DNA of 64,000 bases, from the NCBI RefSeq assembly GCF_002113885.1, contig NW_018408900.1, positions 260,077 through 324,076 on the forward strand, read 5' to 3'. Positions 51,901 to 63,653 of the stretch are shown in pieces. The translations under genes were made by a program, and so were the position numbers. Below the pieces are notes generated by a model, which was not told the origin of the DNA, searched no databases, and saw only the letters and a list, made by a program, of their open reading frames with translations. Every line of letters begins with the position of its first letter. Position 1 is the first letter of the stretch. The stretch comes from Mizuhopecten yessoensis. Taxonomy: Eukaryota.

Positions 51901-53554
51901 GGCCACGCCCTAACACTATCACTGAGGTTATCAGGTCATGCCCTAACACGTCCACTGAGGTTATTAGGTCACGCCCTAATACTATCAGTGAGGTTATCAG
52001 GCCACGCCCTAACACTATCACTGAGGTTATCATGTCACGCCTTAACACTATCACTGAGGTTATCAGGCCACGCCCTAATACTATCACTGAGGTTATCAGG
52101 CCACGCCCTAATACTATCACTGAGGTTATCAGGCCACGCCCAAACACTATCACTGAGGTTATTAGGTCACGCCCTAACACTATCACTGAGGTTATCAGGC
52201 CAGCCCTAACACATCCTAGTGAAGCAGACTTTTTTGTGTCGAAGACATGTAGGGCTCTTTTCGCGTATACGGTTCAATCGGTTTGTCTGTGTATAAAAGT
52301 AACATTTTCGGGTATAAGCAGTCTTGCAAGGCTTTGTCAAGGCTCGCCTGAAAGCAGCATCAGATTATTAAGTCCCAGTGCTGTATTTTATAAACAAACA
52401 ACTCTTGTATAACCGGTTCAACCGTTTGGAACGCGATAAACGAATGCAGCCTATGACACTTTAAAAAGCCAAGTGTTTGCTCTTAATGTCATATATCTAC
52501 GCTACACCTTTGGATTTCTCACGACATAGTCAAAAACTCACGGTTAGTTATTTGACTGGTTCCAGACAACAAACCAATTTCAAGGCTGATCAACAGAGGT
52601 ACGTGTGATAGTCGGTCATCTTTACCGTTACGCTGCTGCAGTATTATCTTATTTTATTTTTAACCAAAACATCACTCTGAGATCACAGGTATGCAGCATT
52701 CCGTAAAAAGTTCCAGACTCGTCTGCACGCATCATCCGCGCAAGGTGTGTAATCCTTAATTTCCAAAGATGATACAATCTGCCAGTATATTAACAGTTGC
52801 ATATTTTCTCGGAGTAGACACGAAATTATCGAAAAATTTCAAATCGCGAAAACTCGTACATTAGCAGTAGATTTGTAGTTAAATCGAAATCAACTTGCAT
52901 TCAAATTCAATAAGTGAATTTTCATAACAGCAACGTTAAACATGTCGGATGATTAATATCTGTCGTGAGGCGTACCTTCCTTGGCTGCAGTGTAAATGGT
53001 GCCAGGTAGTTTGGGATGTGGCTCTGTCGTTTTTGCTGCTATGGCAACATTTGCTCCATCCCTTGCAGCCTTCAGGGCTATGGCTTTACCTATACCACGA
53101 CTTGCCCCTGTGATGAACAGAGTCTTCCCTGCCAAGGTATTGCTGAAACGGAATCCGAACTATTTAATTATAACCTGATAATGTACGTTGATTAATGTAT
53201 AACTCGACACTCCTTCCAAAAACCGTAATTTACATCAATTTCATATTCATATTTTGCATGTTGACAAATCAATATCATCTCGTCATCTGATTGGTTTCGA
53301 CACGTCACGAGTTGATAATATTTAAGAAGTACAGTGCATAAAATATTGTTTTAAGGAAAAATAGAGCTATGAAATACAAACTTACAACTATAAGTATATA
53401 ATACGAGCCGACTTTGAAAGGATAGTAAATATTTTCAGAATAAATAATGTATTAACGGATAATTATGTCTAAGCATCTTTTCGAATACTATAATCTGGTT
53501 ATAACTGAAGTTCACACATATAAAAATAATGCAAAACCTGGATTGTGTAGACAT
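48962..53554 (-). CDS. HSDL2-like paralogue, SDR domain only, 7 exons, about 292 aa
   Basis: Exons 53554-53538, 53142-52976, 51168-50955, 50602-50499, 50251-50150, 49685-49482, 49032-48962, with the same intron positions and phases as HSDL2. TGASRGIG, NNASA and YTMAK are intact. Ends LDFFLEGEIPGQELIQPA*. Confidence 0.9.
51340..52212. repeat. 33-bp minisatellite AACACTATCACTGAGGTTATCAGGCCACGCCCT
   Basis: About 10 homogeneous units at 51860-52210, more diverged units to the left; lies in intron 2 of the HSDL2-like gene. Confidence 0.95.
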
Positions 53555-54590
53555 TTCTGGCTCGTGACGGACGATCGGTATAGACTCCTAACTGCTACCT
53601 CAGTGGCTACCACGCTAGGTCACGCGTACTCTTACACATCATTTCTCTCTAACTCGTGCGACACGTGCGTAGACGGGAAATGGAAGGCCGGTACGCAATG
53701 TAAAATGCTAGATGCTAATTGTCAAATGATGTAAACTATCTTATAATGCCTACAGATTTGGATACATGTAGACGTTATATTAGTAGACAGCAATAAGTTA
53801 TATCTTTTGGCTGTTTAGCATGAACTTAATTTCTTTCCTTTATAGCAAAAAAACCCCATATATACAATTTAAATACAAATGGAAAAGGGTCCGGAAACAA
53901 GTTACGTATAATTATACGAATTCCGTTTCCTAGGGGTATTTCATGAAAGAAAAAGAGAAAATTGACTCAAATAGCCCCGTTCGCACATCCTTTTAAAGGT
54001 TAGAACCAATATTTCATTATTGAATGTGTTTCCTTGCTTTCCCCGTATCCATAGTCCGTTCCAAATGTCCAGTAAAATGAGGATAAGAATGATCGATTTT
54101 GAATTCATGGTCCACCTCTGTTTCCGCTGTATGCAATCAGTGTGCGTCTGTTGCTCTTTGTTTGTTTGATTGTTTGCGTTATATCTATTGCGGTGCCGTG
54201 CAACATCGCAAACTTTTCGCAATGGTCCTAAATTGTTGCGATTTATATCACGCAATTTAACCAAATAGAGCTTTTATGTAAAACTGTATTTGTGTAGCGA
54301 CTAGTAAATGGACTGTTCAAACATATAAATCATATGTTGCAAAGAAGGAGCGGGAGGTAGAAATATATCCGATCTGTGAAAAGCATGTGCATGTTTAACG
54401 CGGCTGCGCCTCGTGCTTTCCCCACCAACCCCCATATATTACTTTTTTTTCAAATTTCAGTTACCATGGTACACATTTATCCTACCCCGACATTTTTTAT
54501 CTTGATCAAAAGATCTGACAGACTATAGATCTTCTGCAGTCAGGGTCGTTCCTTCCCACACATCATTTTTTTTTACCACATGACTTTGTT

Positions 54591-54752
54591 CTCAGAGGTA
54601 CGTCTCAGAGGTCAATCCCACTCGAGGTACGTCTCAGAGGTCAATCCCGCTCGAGGTACGTCTCAGAGGTCAATCCTGCTCGAGGTACCGCTCGAGGTAC
54701 GTCTCAGAGGTCAATCCCGCTCGAGGTACGTCTCAGAGGTCAACCCCGCTCG
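54591..54752. repeat. 29-bp tandem repeat CTCGAGGTACGTCTCAGAGGTCAATCCCG, about 5 copies
   Basis: Period 29 (54621/54650), with one partial unit. Confidence 0.95.
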
Positions 54753-55749
54753 TTTTTATTTCCTGAGTTTGTTCACTCATCGTGGACACAAACTAATTGT
54801 TGTCTGTCAAGCTTCAAACTCGGCATAACCATTTTATACTAAGTTGATGCTGTTGTGTATAAGATATAGTAAGCATCATATAGTGCCACGAATGAACAGC
54901 ACCACTAAACGTCGATAGTGGATAAAACTTTATAGAAAGAACAAATAATTTGATTTCTGTTTCTTTGTCAGCTTTTTTCATTATCGAACCTTCTTACTCG
55001 TTTGTGTTAAATTACACGTTTACCCGAGAGCGGAACCCAAGGTTTCCACAACTGGATGATTGCTCCATGCCAGGGGAAAAAATCGATCATGTTTCCCCCG
55101 TACAAGATGCATCTTAATTTGCCGAAAGGAGTGTTTCTTTTTCAGAAATTCTGATATAGTATGGATACTTCTCTTTGATTTACTGTGACGTCATCAACGG
55201 AATACTGCGGATGAAACTGAGGAATCCAATTTGTTTTCCTTCATTTGTTTTCCTTCCAGTTAAACAAGAAGTACAAAGCCCCCATTTCTCACATGTTCTT
55301 TATGGTCTTGTGAAACAAATCTACCCACACTTGTTCTTAAGATGTTTTAACATGTTTGACTCTGCTGATCTGACCAGAATGAGGGTCAACCTACAGACAG
55401 TGCTAATGTCATCAAAGAAAAGTTACCAACAGACCAAATATAGAGGTCCCTTACTATTTTTTCTATTTGATTTATTGTATAATAAAAAAACATGAATTTC
55501 TGTATTTCTAATAAAAAGATGGAATGAAGAAATTTACTATAATTTTTGGATTGTCTGGTGGTTGAACTGTATCACATTGTAAAGGATAGTTATACCAAGA
55601 CAAAAGTTGTCAGTATGAAAACTTCAAAAATGTGTCTGTCTATTGTAAAACACTGTTACTCACATAAAGCAAAATTAGCAAACCTACTATACAGTGACAG
55701 GGTTCATCAATCTTGTCAAATAAGTTCACAGAACTTTCTCATTTAACAT

Positions 55750-56650
55750 TTCCCTTCTATAAACTGTGGCTACCTCAGGTCATCTCTCCCCTATATGGTA
55801 GGATGCTATATTTGGTCAACTCTCCCATTTATAAAATACTGTAGTTACCACAGTTCACCCCTCCCCTCTATGTACTGACTACCAAATGTCACCTTTCCCA
55901 AACATAACCTATGGCTACCTCAAGTCATCTCTCCTTTCTATGTGGTTACCTCTCCTCTCCATATACTGTGCCTTATTCAGGTCATCTCTCCCTTCCATGT
56001 ACTGTGGTTATTTCTCCTCTCCATATACTGTGGCTACCTCAGGTGACTTCTCCCCTCTATATCCTCATGACTATATTAGGAAACCTTTCTCTGTTATAAA
56101 CTTTGGCCACCTCACCTTAAACTTTGTTCTTTGGCTACATCAGGTTACCTCTCCCCCTATGGTCTGTGGCTACTCCAGGTCACTTCTCCCCTCCATGGTC
56201 TGTGGCTACTCCAGGTCACTTCTCCCCTCAGCGGTCTGTTGCTACATAAGGTCACTTCTCCCCTCCATGGTCTGTGGATACTCCAGGTCACCTCTCCCCT
56301 CTATTTAACTGTGGCTTTACCTCAGGTCACCTCTCCCCTCTATTTAACTGTGGCTTTACCTCAGGTCACTTCTCCCCTCTATTTAACTGTGGCTTTACCT
56401 CCGGTTAACTCTCCCCTAAATGAACTGTAACTACATCAGGTTCCCTCTCCCCTCTAAGAATAGTGACTACTTCAGGTCAATTAGTTATCTCAGCTCTCTC
56501 AGCCGATCTTTGTACTGTGGCTACCTTGTGTCACTTCTCCATTCTATTAACTGTGGCTATCTCGTGTCACCTCACCACTGTTTTTACTGTGTCTATGTCA
56601 AGTCACCTCTACCCTCTATGTAGTTTTTTTTGTACTGTGACTACCCAGTG
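55750..56650. repeat. Degenerate 36-39-bp minisatellite (CTGTGGCTACCTCAGGTCACCTCTCCCCTCTAT core)
   Basis: About 20 or more units, with homogeneous sub-blocks at 56150-56300 and 56300-56420. Confidence 0.9.
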
Positions 56651-57634
56651 ACTTACACAGTCAAATGACAACATACTGTTGAGTATTATGAGGTATCATC
56701 AATCTACTGCAGGCTTTAGTTGTGATGAACTCCATTCTTTCTGATTTTGGAGAACTTGTACCTTGGTATTCATTTGCATCAAGTCTAGTGATATAATGGC
56801 TAAATACTTAATCATGCTTGATTGCCAATGACTTTCAGACTAGGTCAGAATCAGGATCAGGACAGGATTACTTATAGGAATTACATTTATCACTAATAAT
56901 ATACAAATTATTTAATTACAATATTAACTCTTCCATTTGTTATTATCATTGTATCTATTTTTATATAGTATTTACACCATGGTTGTCTGTTAATGTAAAT
57001 GTGTATCAGTATTGTGATTATTTTATACTGCAGGTATATTTTGAAGAATACTTTGTCCTCTGTAATGTCAAAATCAACACTGTAGTTTGACCTGTAAGGA
57101 GTACCTAGATCACAACTAAGAGCATGTTAGTCAACAGAGCATGACCTGTCTGGAGTATCCAAATCACAGCTAAAGTAAAGGTTACTAAACTAAAACCATT
57201 GTTCCTTATTCTGTGCTAGATATTGTTACATATTGTAGATCAATCAGTATCAATTCATTAAAATATGGCAATGTGTATGTGTCCACAATCCAATTTCTGT
57301 ACCAGAAGATTATCACAAACTCATATATATTTTTTTATATTTATTCACAAATATTCATATTTTCTGAAAAAAATCCCTAACATATAATAATTCTCATTTC
57401 ACACTTATTTCATCTCTCATCTTATTCTCATCTAACTCTCATCACTCACCACAATATCATAACTTGCCACATTCTCATCACTCGCCTCATTCTCATTGCA
57501 GAATCATTCTAATTGCCATGGTAGTTACACAACTTTCATCACACATACAGATATTCACAATTTTTGTCAACATAACAACAATTGATTTCATTCTCTCATA
57601 CACCAAGTTCTCTTTGTACAATTTAGGTCCCTTG

Positions 57635-60600
57635 TCATCGCCTGCGTTTGCTAGGCACCTCCGGAGTGGCAGGACTTGTGTGTGTGGAATGGGTCTGCCT
57701 TGTACGTTTCCGTTTTGGGGAGTTTTCAGGTGTGTTTCCATGTACTAAATTACTTGTGTGTTTGTTTTCTGGCTTTGATTCATGTTTGTCTGCCTTCGTT
57801 GGCTTTGAAACTGAAAAACGAAAACCACAATTTTAACATCGAGCTTGGACAAATATAACTTTTAATCATCACATTTTTCTTCACATGAAAAGAAATGTGA
57901 AATTGGGTACTGTATAATGGAACATTTCTTTGCTGATTTTGCATTACTTAATTAGTACACACAAATAGCAGGAGTGTATTTATTGACATACTGGCACAGT
58001 ACAAAATAAATATTGTAGTGCCATTGAAAACACACAAATCTTCTCACAACAAAATAAACACTCTTATTACTTGTACAGTATTTGATTAATAATGAAAATT
58101 TAAATGTAAAAACTTTTTGTTATTACTTTTAATAATAAAATTCTGTCTATACGTTTGACTAAAAGGTTCAAGTGCAGATTCCCTATTCAGCCCACACACA
58201 AAGGGTTTGCTGAATACCAAGGCATGAATGTCTCCTTTTCCTTTCTTCTTATCAATTTTTATGTCTTACTCAACCAAAATGTCACCAGACATAACAAGGT
58301 TTTTACTTTTATATTCATTATGCCTGCTTTCATAAGAGATATATATCCCCAACTCGAAACACTGGCACTTTTTCAATTTTAACTTTGATTACATGCCCCC
58401 TGACACAAGCCATATCTACACTCCCTTTATGAATATATACCGGTAAGCTACACCACCTGTCCTCTAATTCTCTTGTACCATTTACTGTTCAGTTATTATT
58501 GAAGAATTTCATTTAAAATACATACAAGTGAATACCCTGGGAGTTTTAAACTTACCCGAGATGTGAGTGTCTCACTTACCCGAGATGTGAGTGTCTCACT
58601 TACCCGAGATGTGAGTGTCTCACTTACTCGAGATGTGAGTGTCTCACTTACCCGAGATTCGAGTGTCTCACTTACCCGAGATGTGAGTGTCTCACTTACC
58701 CGAGATGTGAGTGTCTCACTTACCGGAGATGTGAGTGTCTCACTTACCTGAGATGTGAGTGTCTCACTTACCTGAGATGTGAGTGTCTTTGGATGATGTA
58801 TCAGATTTGTCACTTTTACTGTCATCCTGGAATTTGTGTGAGGTAAAGTTAGATCTAGGGAACTCCTTTGGTGTAAAATCTGAGAAGTCTTCATCCGGCA
58901 GGAGAAAGTCTACCTCTTTGTTTGGAAAGGGCAAAATTTCAGATTCATTCTGAAAAAAAGAAAAATGCTTGTTACCTGTCTGTTTTTCATTTATAACTTC
59001 ACAATATTACATGTATTATATGATGTCATTAATATCGCCAATCAAGTTCAGATTTCTCTTAAGAATTTTTAGTTGAAATTTGAAAAAGGACATGAAGCAT
59101 ACCAAGACATAAATCTTTATGAATGCTAATCGTCAGGTGTAATCAGATTACCAATAAAAGATGAAATCTCTCAATTAAAACTTATTTCTGTCTGAAGGTG
59201 ATTACAATTTATTGTACCTTCTACTATTCTTATTACATGATTCTACATCTTATCAACACCACCCCGTAAACAAGTTTCCACTTGTCCTCATAAATATAAT
59301 ATCACTATAAATCTAGACCTTTTTTATTCCATTTCATTTTTAGTCTTCTTTTTTTTTAGTCACAAAATTATACTTTCTTTATACATGTATTTTGTATTAG
59401 TTCTGTTAAAACTGTTCAATGCTTCCTTAAATCTTTAAGAGATGAAATGATGCACCTTTTTTCATTTCCTTTTTTGTTATCAATGAAAAAATAACAATAG
59501 TTTTTTCTCCTTTATGCAATAATTTTGGCATCTGTATTTGGTTCTTTTTATATTTATTACAAATAAAACATCATTTCATTAAAGTAATGTTTCCTTTCTC
59601 TCAATTCAACAGAAAAGTAAAAAAAGTCATAAAATCATCAACTCCAAAAACCTCAATAGAATATTCCACAAGATATGTATTGCTTTTCAGAAATGCTTTC
59701 TTAAAGTGTAGTCATGACAAATAAAAGTTTTCAATGCATGGCTAAAGTTTTTGGCTGTAGTAAGGGGAGAGTTATGTCAATCTACTCACCAGAGCTGTCA
59801 GATCATACATGGTGATGAGTCGATTCCAAATCTGCTTGGATGTGACTTTTCTGCTAAAGGAGTTATTTAGTTTGTCATGGATAACAAGCATCTGGAAATG
59901 TCGATTGACACCTAAAATGAAACAATGCCTTATCAAAATGTGACTTTACATGGTAAAGAAAAACAACGAACCCTTCTGAATATACATGTAGGTATTTTCA
60001 AAAGGACTCAGGTTTCTGTCTCTTTGTGGTATTGGACGTCTCTATCTGCCATCTCTTGCACTGACCGTGGATAATTCTGATTCCTCCAACATCCTACATA
60101 CTTTGCTTTTACTGATTTTCTCCATATTTTACTTGACCTGGGCAGACACTTATATGTTTGGTAAATATCAGTTTACTGTTAATGATTATTCCATTTGTCT
60201 CAGTCTCTTTCAGTTTGGTCAACATATGTTATTCTTGCACCCTTGTCAATGATGGTTGTATTGAAGGCATTGTAGTGGTCTGAGGAGCAACAATTCCTTA
60301 TTACATATACATGTAGTTAACCAGTATACCAGTCTCTGCAAATAATGTGTTTTCAGTCCTGGCCCAGACAATGAAAAGTTGAAAACCAAACACACTTTTG
60401 AGCTAGAGCTACTATGCTGAATTAACATTGAAAAACAATTAACAATTCTAAGCAGGAAACAGGAGAAAAAACACCTGCAATCCTAAAAAAGTTAACATTA
60501 GATGTGCAAAAAGATACAATTTCCAATTAAACTGATGAAAATATGAACTGAGACATAGTTTTGTTCTACCAAACTAGAAAAAGAAACATCAACTTTAACA

Positions 60601-62356
60601 TCATATTTATAATGATTGTGAAAATAAATTCTTTGTTTTTCATAGTTGATGTGGACAAAAAAATATATTCTTAGTTACTGGTTGACCTATTCTAGACACA
60701 TCCATTCATGATCAGTCAATTTTAGGATTTTATTTAAATTTATGCATTTCTATTTTTAGATTGCCCAAAAGAAAATTTTAAAGCAGAAAATTGGGAAAAA
60801 AACTCACTTTTTCAATATTGGGAATATTGTTTAAACAGACCCAAGTCACCTGATAAACCTGATATTTCAGAACCTTTTTTGAGATGTCGAAGCGTTCGAT
60901 ACACAAGTTTTCACTCAGACCCCATTTCATCTGGACCACCTTCTTTATTGAAATTCAACGATTAAAACGGTTGCACAGGAGTGTTTATGAAATCGGGACA
61001 GACACTGATTTGATGGTATTTTCTTACACATTTTGACAAAAATTTCAAGGCATGCATTGATATTTGCAGGTCTGCCAGACTTTACACCTGAAATATCACA
61101 TTTAAAAACAGACAAACATGTTTGTTCAATTAAAAGACTAAGTGCCTGGACTCGAAATTATACTTCGTCGTGCTAAACCTTGCTAATTAAGCACCAGTTT
61201 AGTAAATTATGTACTAGTTCAATTTATTGAAATTTTATATATGAATTCCGATCTTTCATTAGATTCTTTGAATATAAGGTATCAGGAGTTTCAAATTTTG
61301 GGTGACTTTACAATCTCTTAGGGGGTTTGTTGAACTTTATAATTAATGTTCACATCAACTGACTTAAGCAACAATTTGATGGATATTTTTGGAATTGTCA
61401 CAGGTTTAGTGTTTTGGTCCCTGGTAACCGGACACGATTAATTGACTTTGAAAAAAACCCTGGAAGTTGTAGTAAAAAAAACATTTTTCTACCCTTTTCA
61501 TGATAATTTCTGTGAAATATTGTTGATTCTAACACGGTTCCTTATAATTGAACAGTGCAAATAATCTGCACCTCAGGTGGGGAAAAGTTGGGGTTAATAA
61601 TTCCTTCTGGGATTTCTGCTGACACTATTTACGATTTAATAAATGTTTTGCCGTCAATGAGCACAATGAATTTATTATAACACCCGTATGTTCATTTGAT
61701 TGCACATTATGTCATCACCTGACAGTGAGACGGTGAGTGCAATATGTTACAATAAACAATTAAACAATCTTTAAATATAATAATGTAACATATATATGTA
61801 ACAGAGGTCATTATTTGTTTAATGCCTCCGCCAGGATTCGAACTAAAGAGAAATATATAACCTCTTGTGCAAAAATGTAGAACATTGGCATGGTACAGTA
61901 TACTCCAGGTGTTACCTACTTACACTCTCTGCACCCCTATTCACAGATAGACCGACCCCTAGTATTTTTATATGAGTTGCTTCCCTTGCACTGCATACAT
62001 ATTTCCGTATTTTGCCCTGGTACAATCGGCTTGAAATTTTTCCCGTAGTAAGGGAAGGGTACATATTATGAGAATCAGAAGACAAAAGTGGAAAAAAATA
62101 ATTAACGAATTCCTTGGCGCGCGAAAACATTCCTGGACACTTCACGTGACCGGTTCGCGATGTTGATTGTTGTTGTTGATGGGGTACAATTTCTAAGCAT
62201 AACATTCTACATATTCTCAGAATCAGAAAATTAAATATGAAAACTTAAAACTATTACACAATTTTCCTGTTCGATTATTCGCTTACCCACAGGTTTGTGC
62301 CCCCTCATCGCATGGAAAAGGCTAACCTCCATCTCTACCGTTTCAGCGTCCGCCAT
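57635..62356 (-). CDS. MRGBP: MRG/MORF4L-binding protein (Eaf7 family, NuA4 subunit), 4 exons, about 181 aa
   Basis: Exons 62356-62287, 59911-59790, 58949-58772, 57810-57635. Motifs [44 protein letters not shown], basic tail SPKRKR...SKRRR*. Confidence 0.92.
58551..58787 (-). repeat. 24-bp tandem repeat (10 units), each carrying a GTAAGT donor, at the end of MRGBP exon 3
   Basis: Minus-strand unit GACACTCACATCTC(A/G)G-GTAAGTGA, with a GT every 24 nt from 58771 to 58555. Confidence 0.97.
62114..62150. promoter_or_regulatory. E2F-type site plus E-box near the MRGBP/DDX43 shared promoter
   Basis: TTGGCGCGCGAAAA (62114-62127) and TCACGTGAC (62142-62150) in a local CpG-rich patch. Confidence 0.4.
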
Positions 62357-62712
62357 ATTTCTTTTTATATTGAACTGACAAGTCTGTTTCGCATCCTACT
62401 TTCGTTTTTAAAACATTTATTTCATTTGCAATTCAATAATCATATTCATGTGCAGTGTTGTATTTTATAGAAGTTGTTAGTAAGATTTACATAAATATTT
62501 TTCTGTAACATGTCTATGCAATCTCTCCGAAACTAAAATGACTGGCTTTGTTTCAGTGTCCATGTGCGGAAAAATAGAAAAGACACAAACATGAAGGAAA
62601 AGTGAAAAGGCGATATTTTCAAATTCTGTTTGCATGGTAATACGTTTTTAACACACTTTACTTTTTGTAAGTTTGAGCAGGAATTGGTATCAGTTTTACA
62701 ATCGATGTAATT

Positions 62713-63653
62713 ATGTGTGACGAAGATTGGGATGCTGAGATTGAAGGGACGGCGAGCTCGCAGCCAGTGTATCAACAACCAACGCAAGTGTGGACAAACT
62801 CAAGCAGAACACAACCCAAACAGTGGGAAAACAAACAGTCGGCAGGTTCTTGTGATACTGGAAGGTCGGGAGGAAGGGATTTCCAGTCAAGATCTGACAA
62901 TAATAGTTGGAGAAATTCTAATTCAGGTGGAGGCTTTGGAAGAGGAGGGGGAGGAGGAGGGCGTGAACAGACAGGAGGCTGGGGTTCAAGGGGACATAAT
63001 GACGAAGGAAGTCAAAGCAGAGGTGTTCGAGGAACGAGGAATGGCGAGTCTTCGGGGGATACATTGGTCTTTTTCGTCCCAAAATCCCAAGTTGGAAGAA
63101 TAATTGGTAATGGTGTTGTTGTTTCTTTTTTTACATAATAATAATATAGGCTTTGTGCTTGAGCGAAAAGCCAAACAACCGCCAATATTTTCTTGTAGTC
63201 GAGTTATTCATCCTCTAAAAACCCAACAAAATGTTCTAGGTGGGTGTTTTAAGAAAATGTTCCAAATTAAGATATTCTTTTTTCGTTAATATAAACACCC
63301 AAACGTCAAAACAGCCATTCATGTTTATAATCGATACATGAGTTCAAGATAAAGATCTCTATTTTCCAAGATGGACTGCTCGCTGCGAATGAATATAATG
63401 TTTTGTTTTCGTCGGAACAATCTGCTCGCATTTATGTCAAATCATGTTCATAGCTTTGTCTTTCTCAGACCTAGGCTCACATGAGTGATCATGATTTCTT
63501 TTTAATTATATTGCATATATCCAATTATTACTTTATTCTAAAAAGTTTTTGACATTGTAAAGTGTTTGAGTAATTAATTTTCATGATTTATTTTTAGGAA
63601 AACAAGGATTAAAGATACGAGAATTACAAGATGGTACTGGAGCATCAATAACG
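62713..63653 (+). CDS. DDX43: N-terminus of an RGG/KH-domain protein, probably DEAD-box helicase DDX43 (partial)
   Basis: Exons 62713-63106 and 63598-63653. MCDEDWDAEI, a G/R-rich region, then KH motif VPKSQVGRIIG-KQGLKIRELQDGTGASI. The helicase core is not in the window, so the symbol is inferred. Confidence 0.7.

Noticed and set aside
51836-52412. Repeat-protein-like ORFs (TITEVIRPRPN)n and (VIVLGRGLITS)n
   Set aside because: By-products of a 33-bp stop-poor intronic minisatellite; no supporting gene structure.
55886-56651. Overlapping Cys/Leu/Ser-rich ORFs
   Set aside because: Translations of the degenerate minisatellite in several frames.
51340-58787. Regular short repeats as CRISPR arrays
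   Set aside because: Units are contiguous with no unique spacers, there are no cas genes, and the context is eukaryotic.
58496-58894. 132-aa ORF with (SETLTSRV)n
   Set aside because: Wrong frame relative to the conserved MRGBP exon; produced by the 24-bp repeat.
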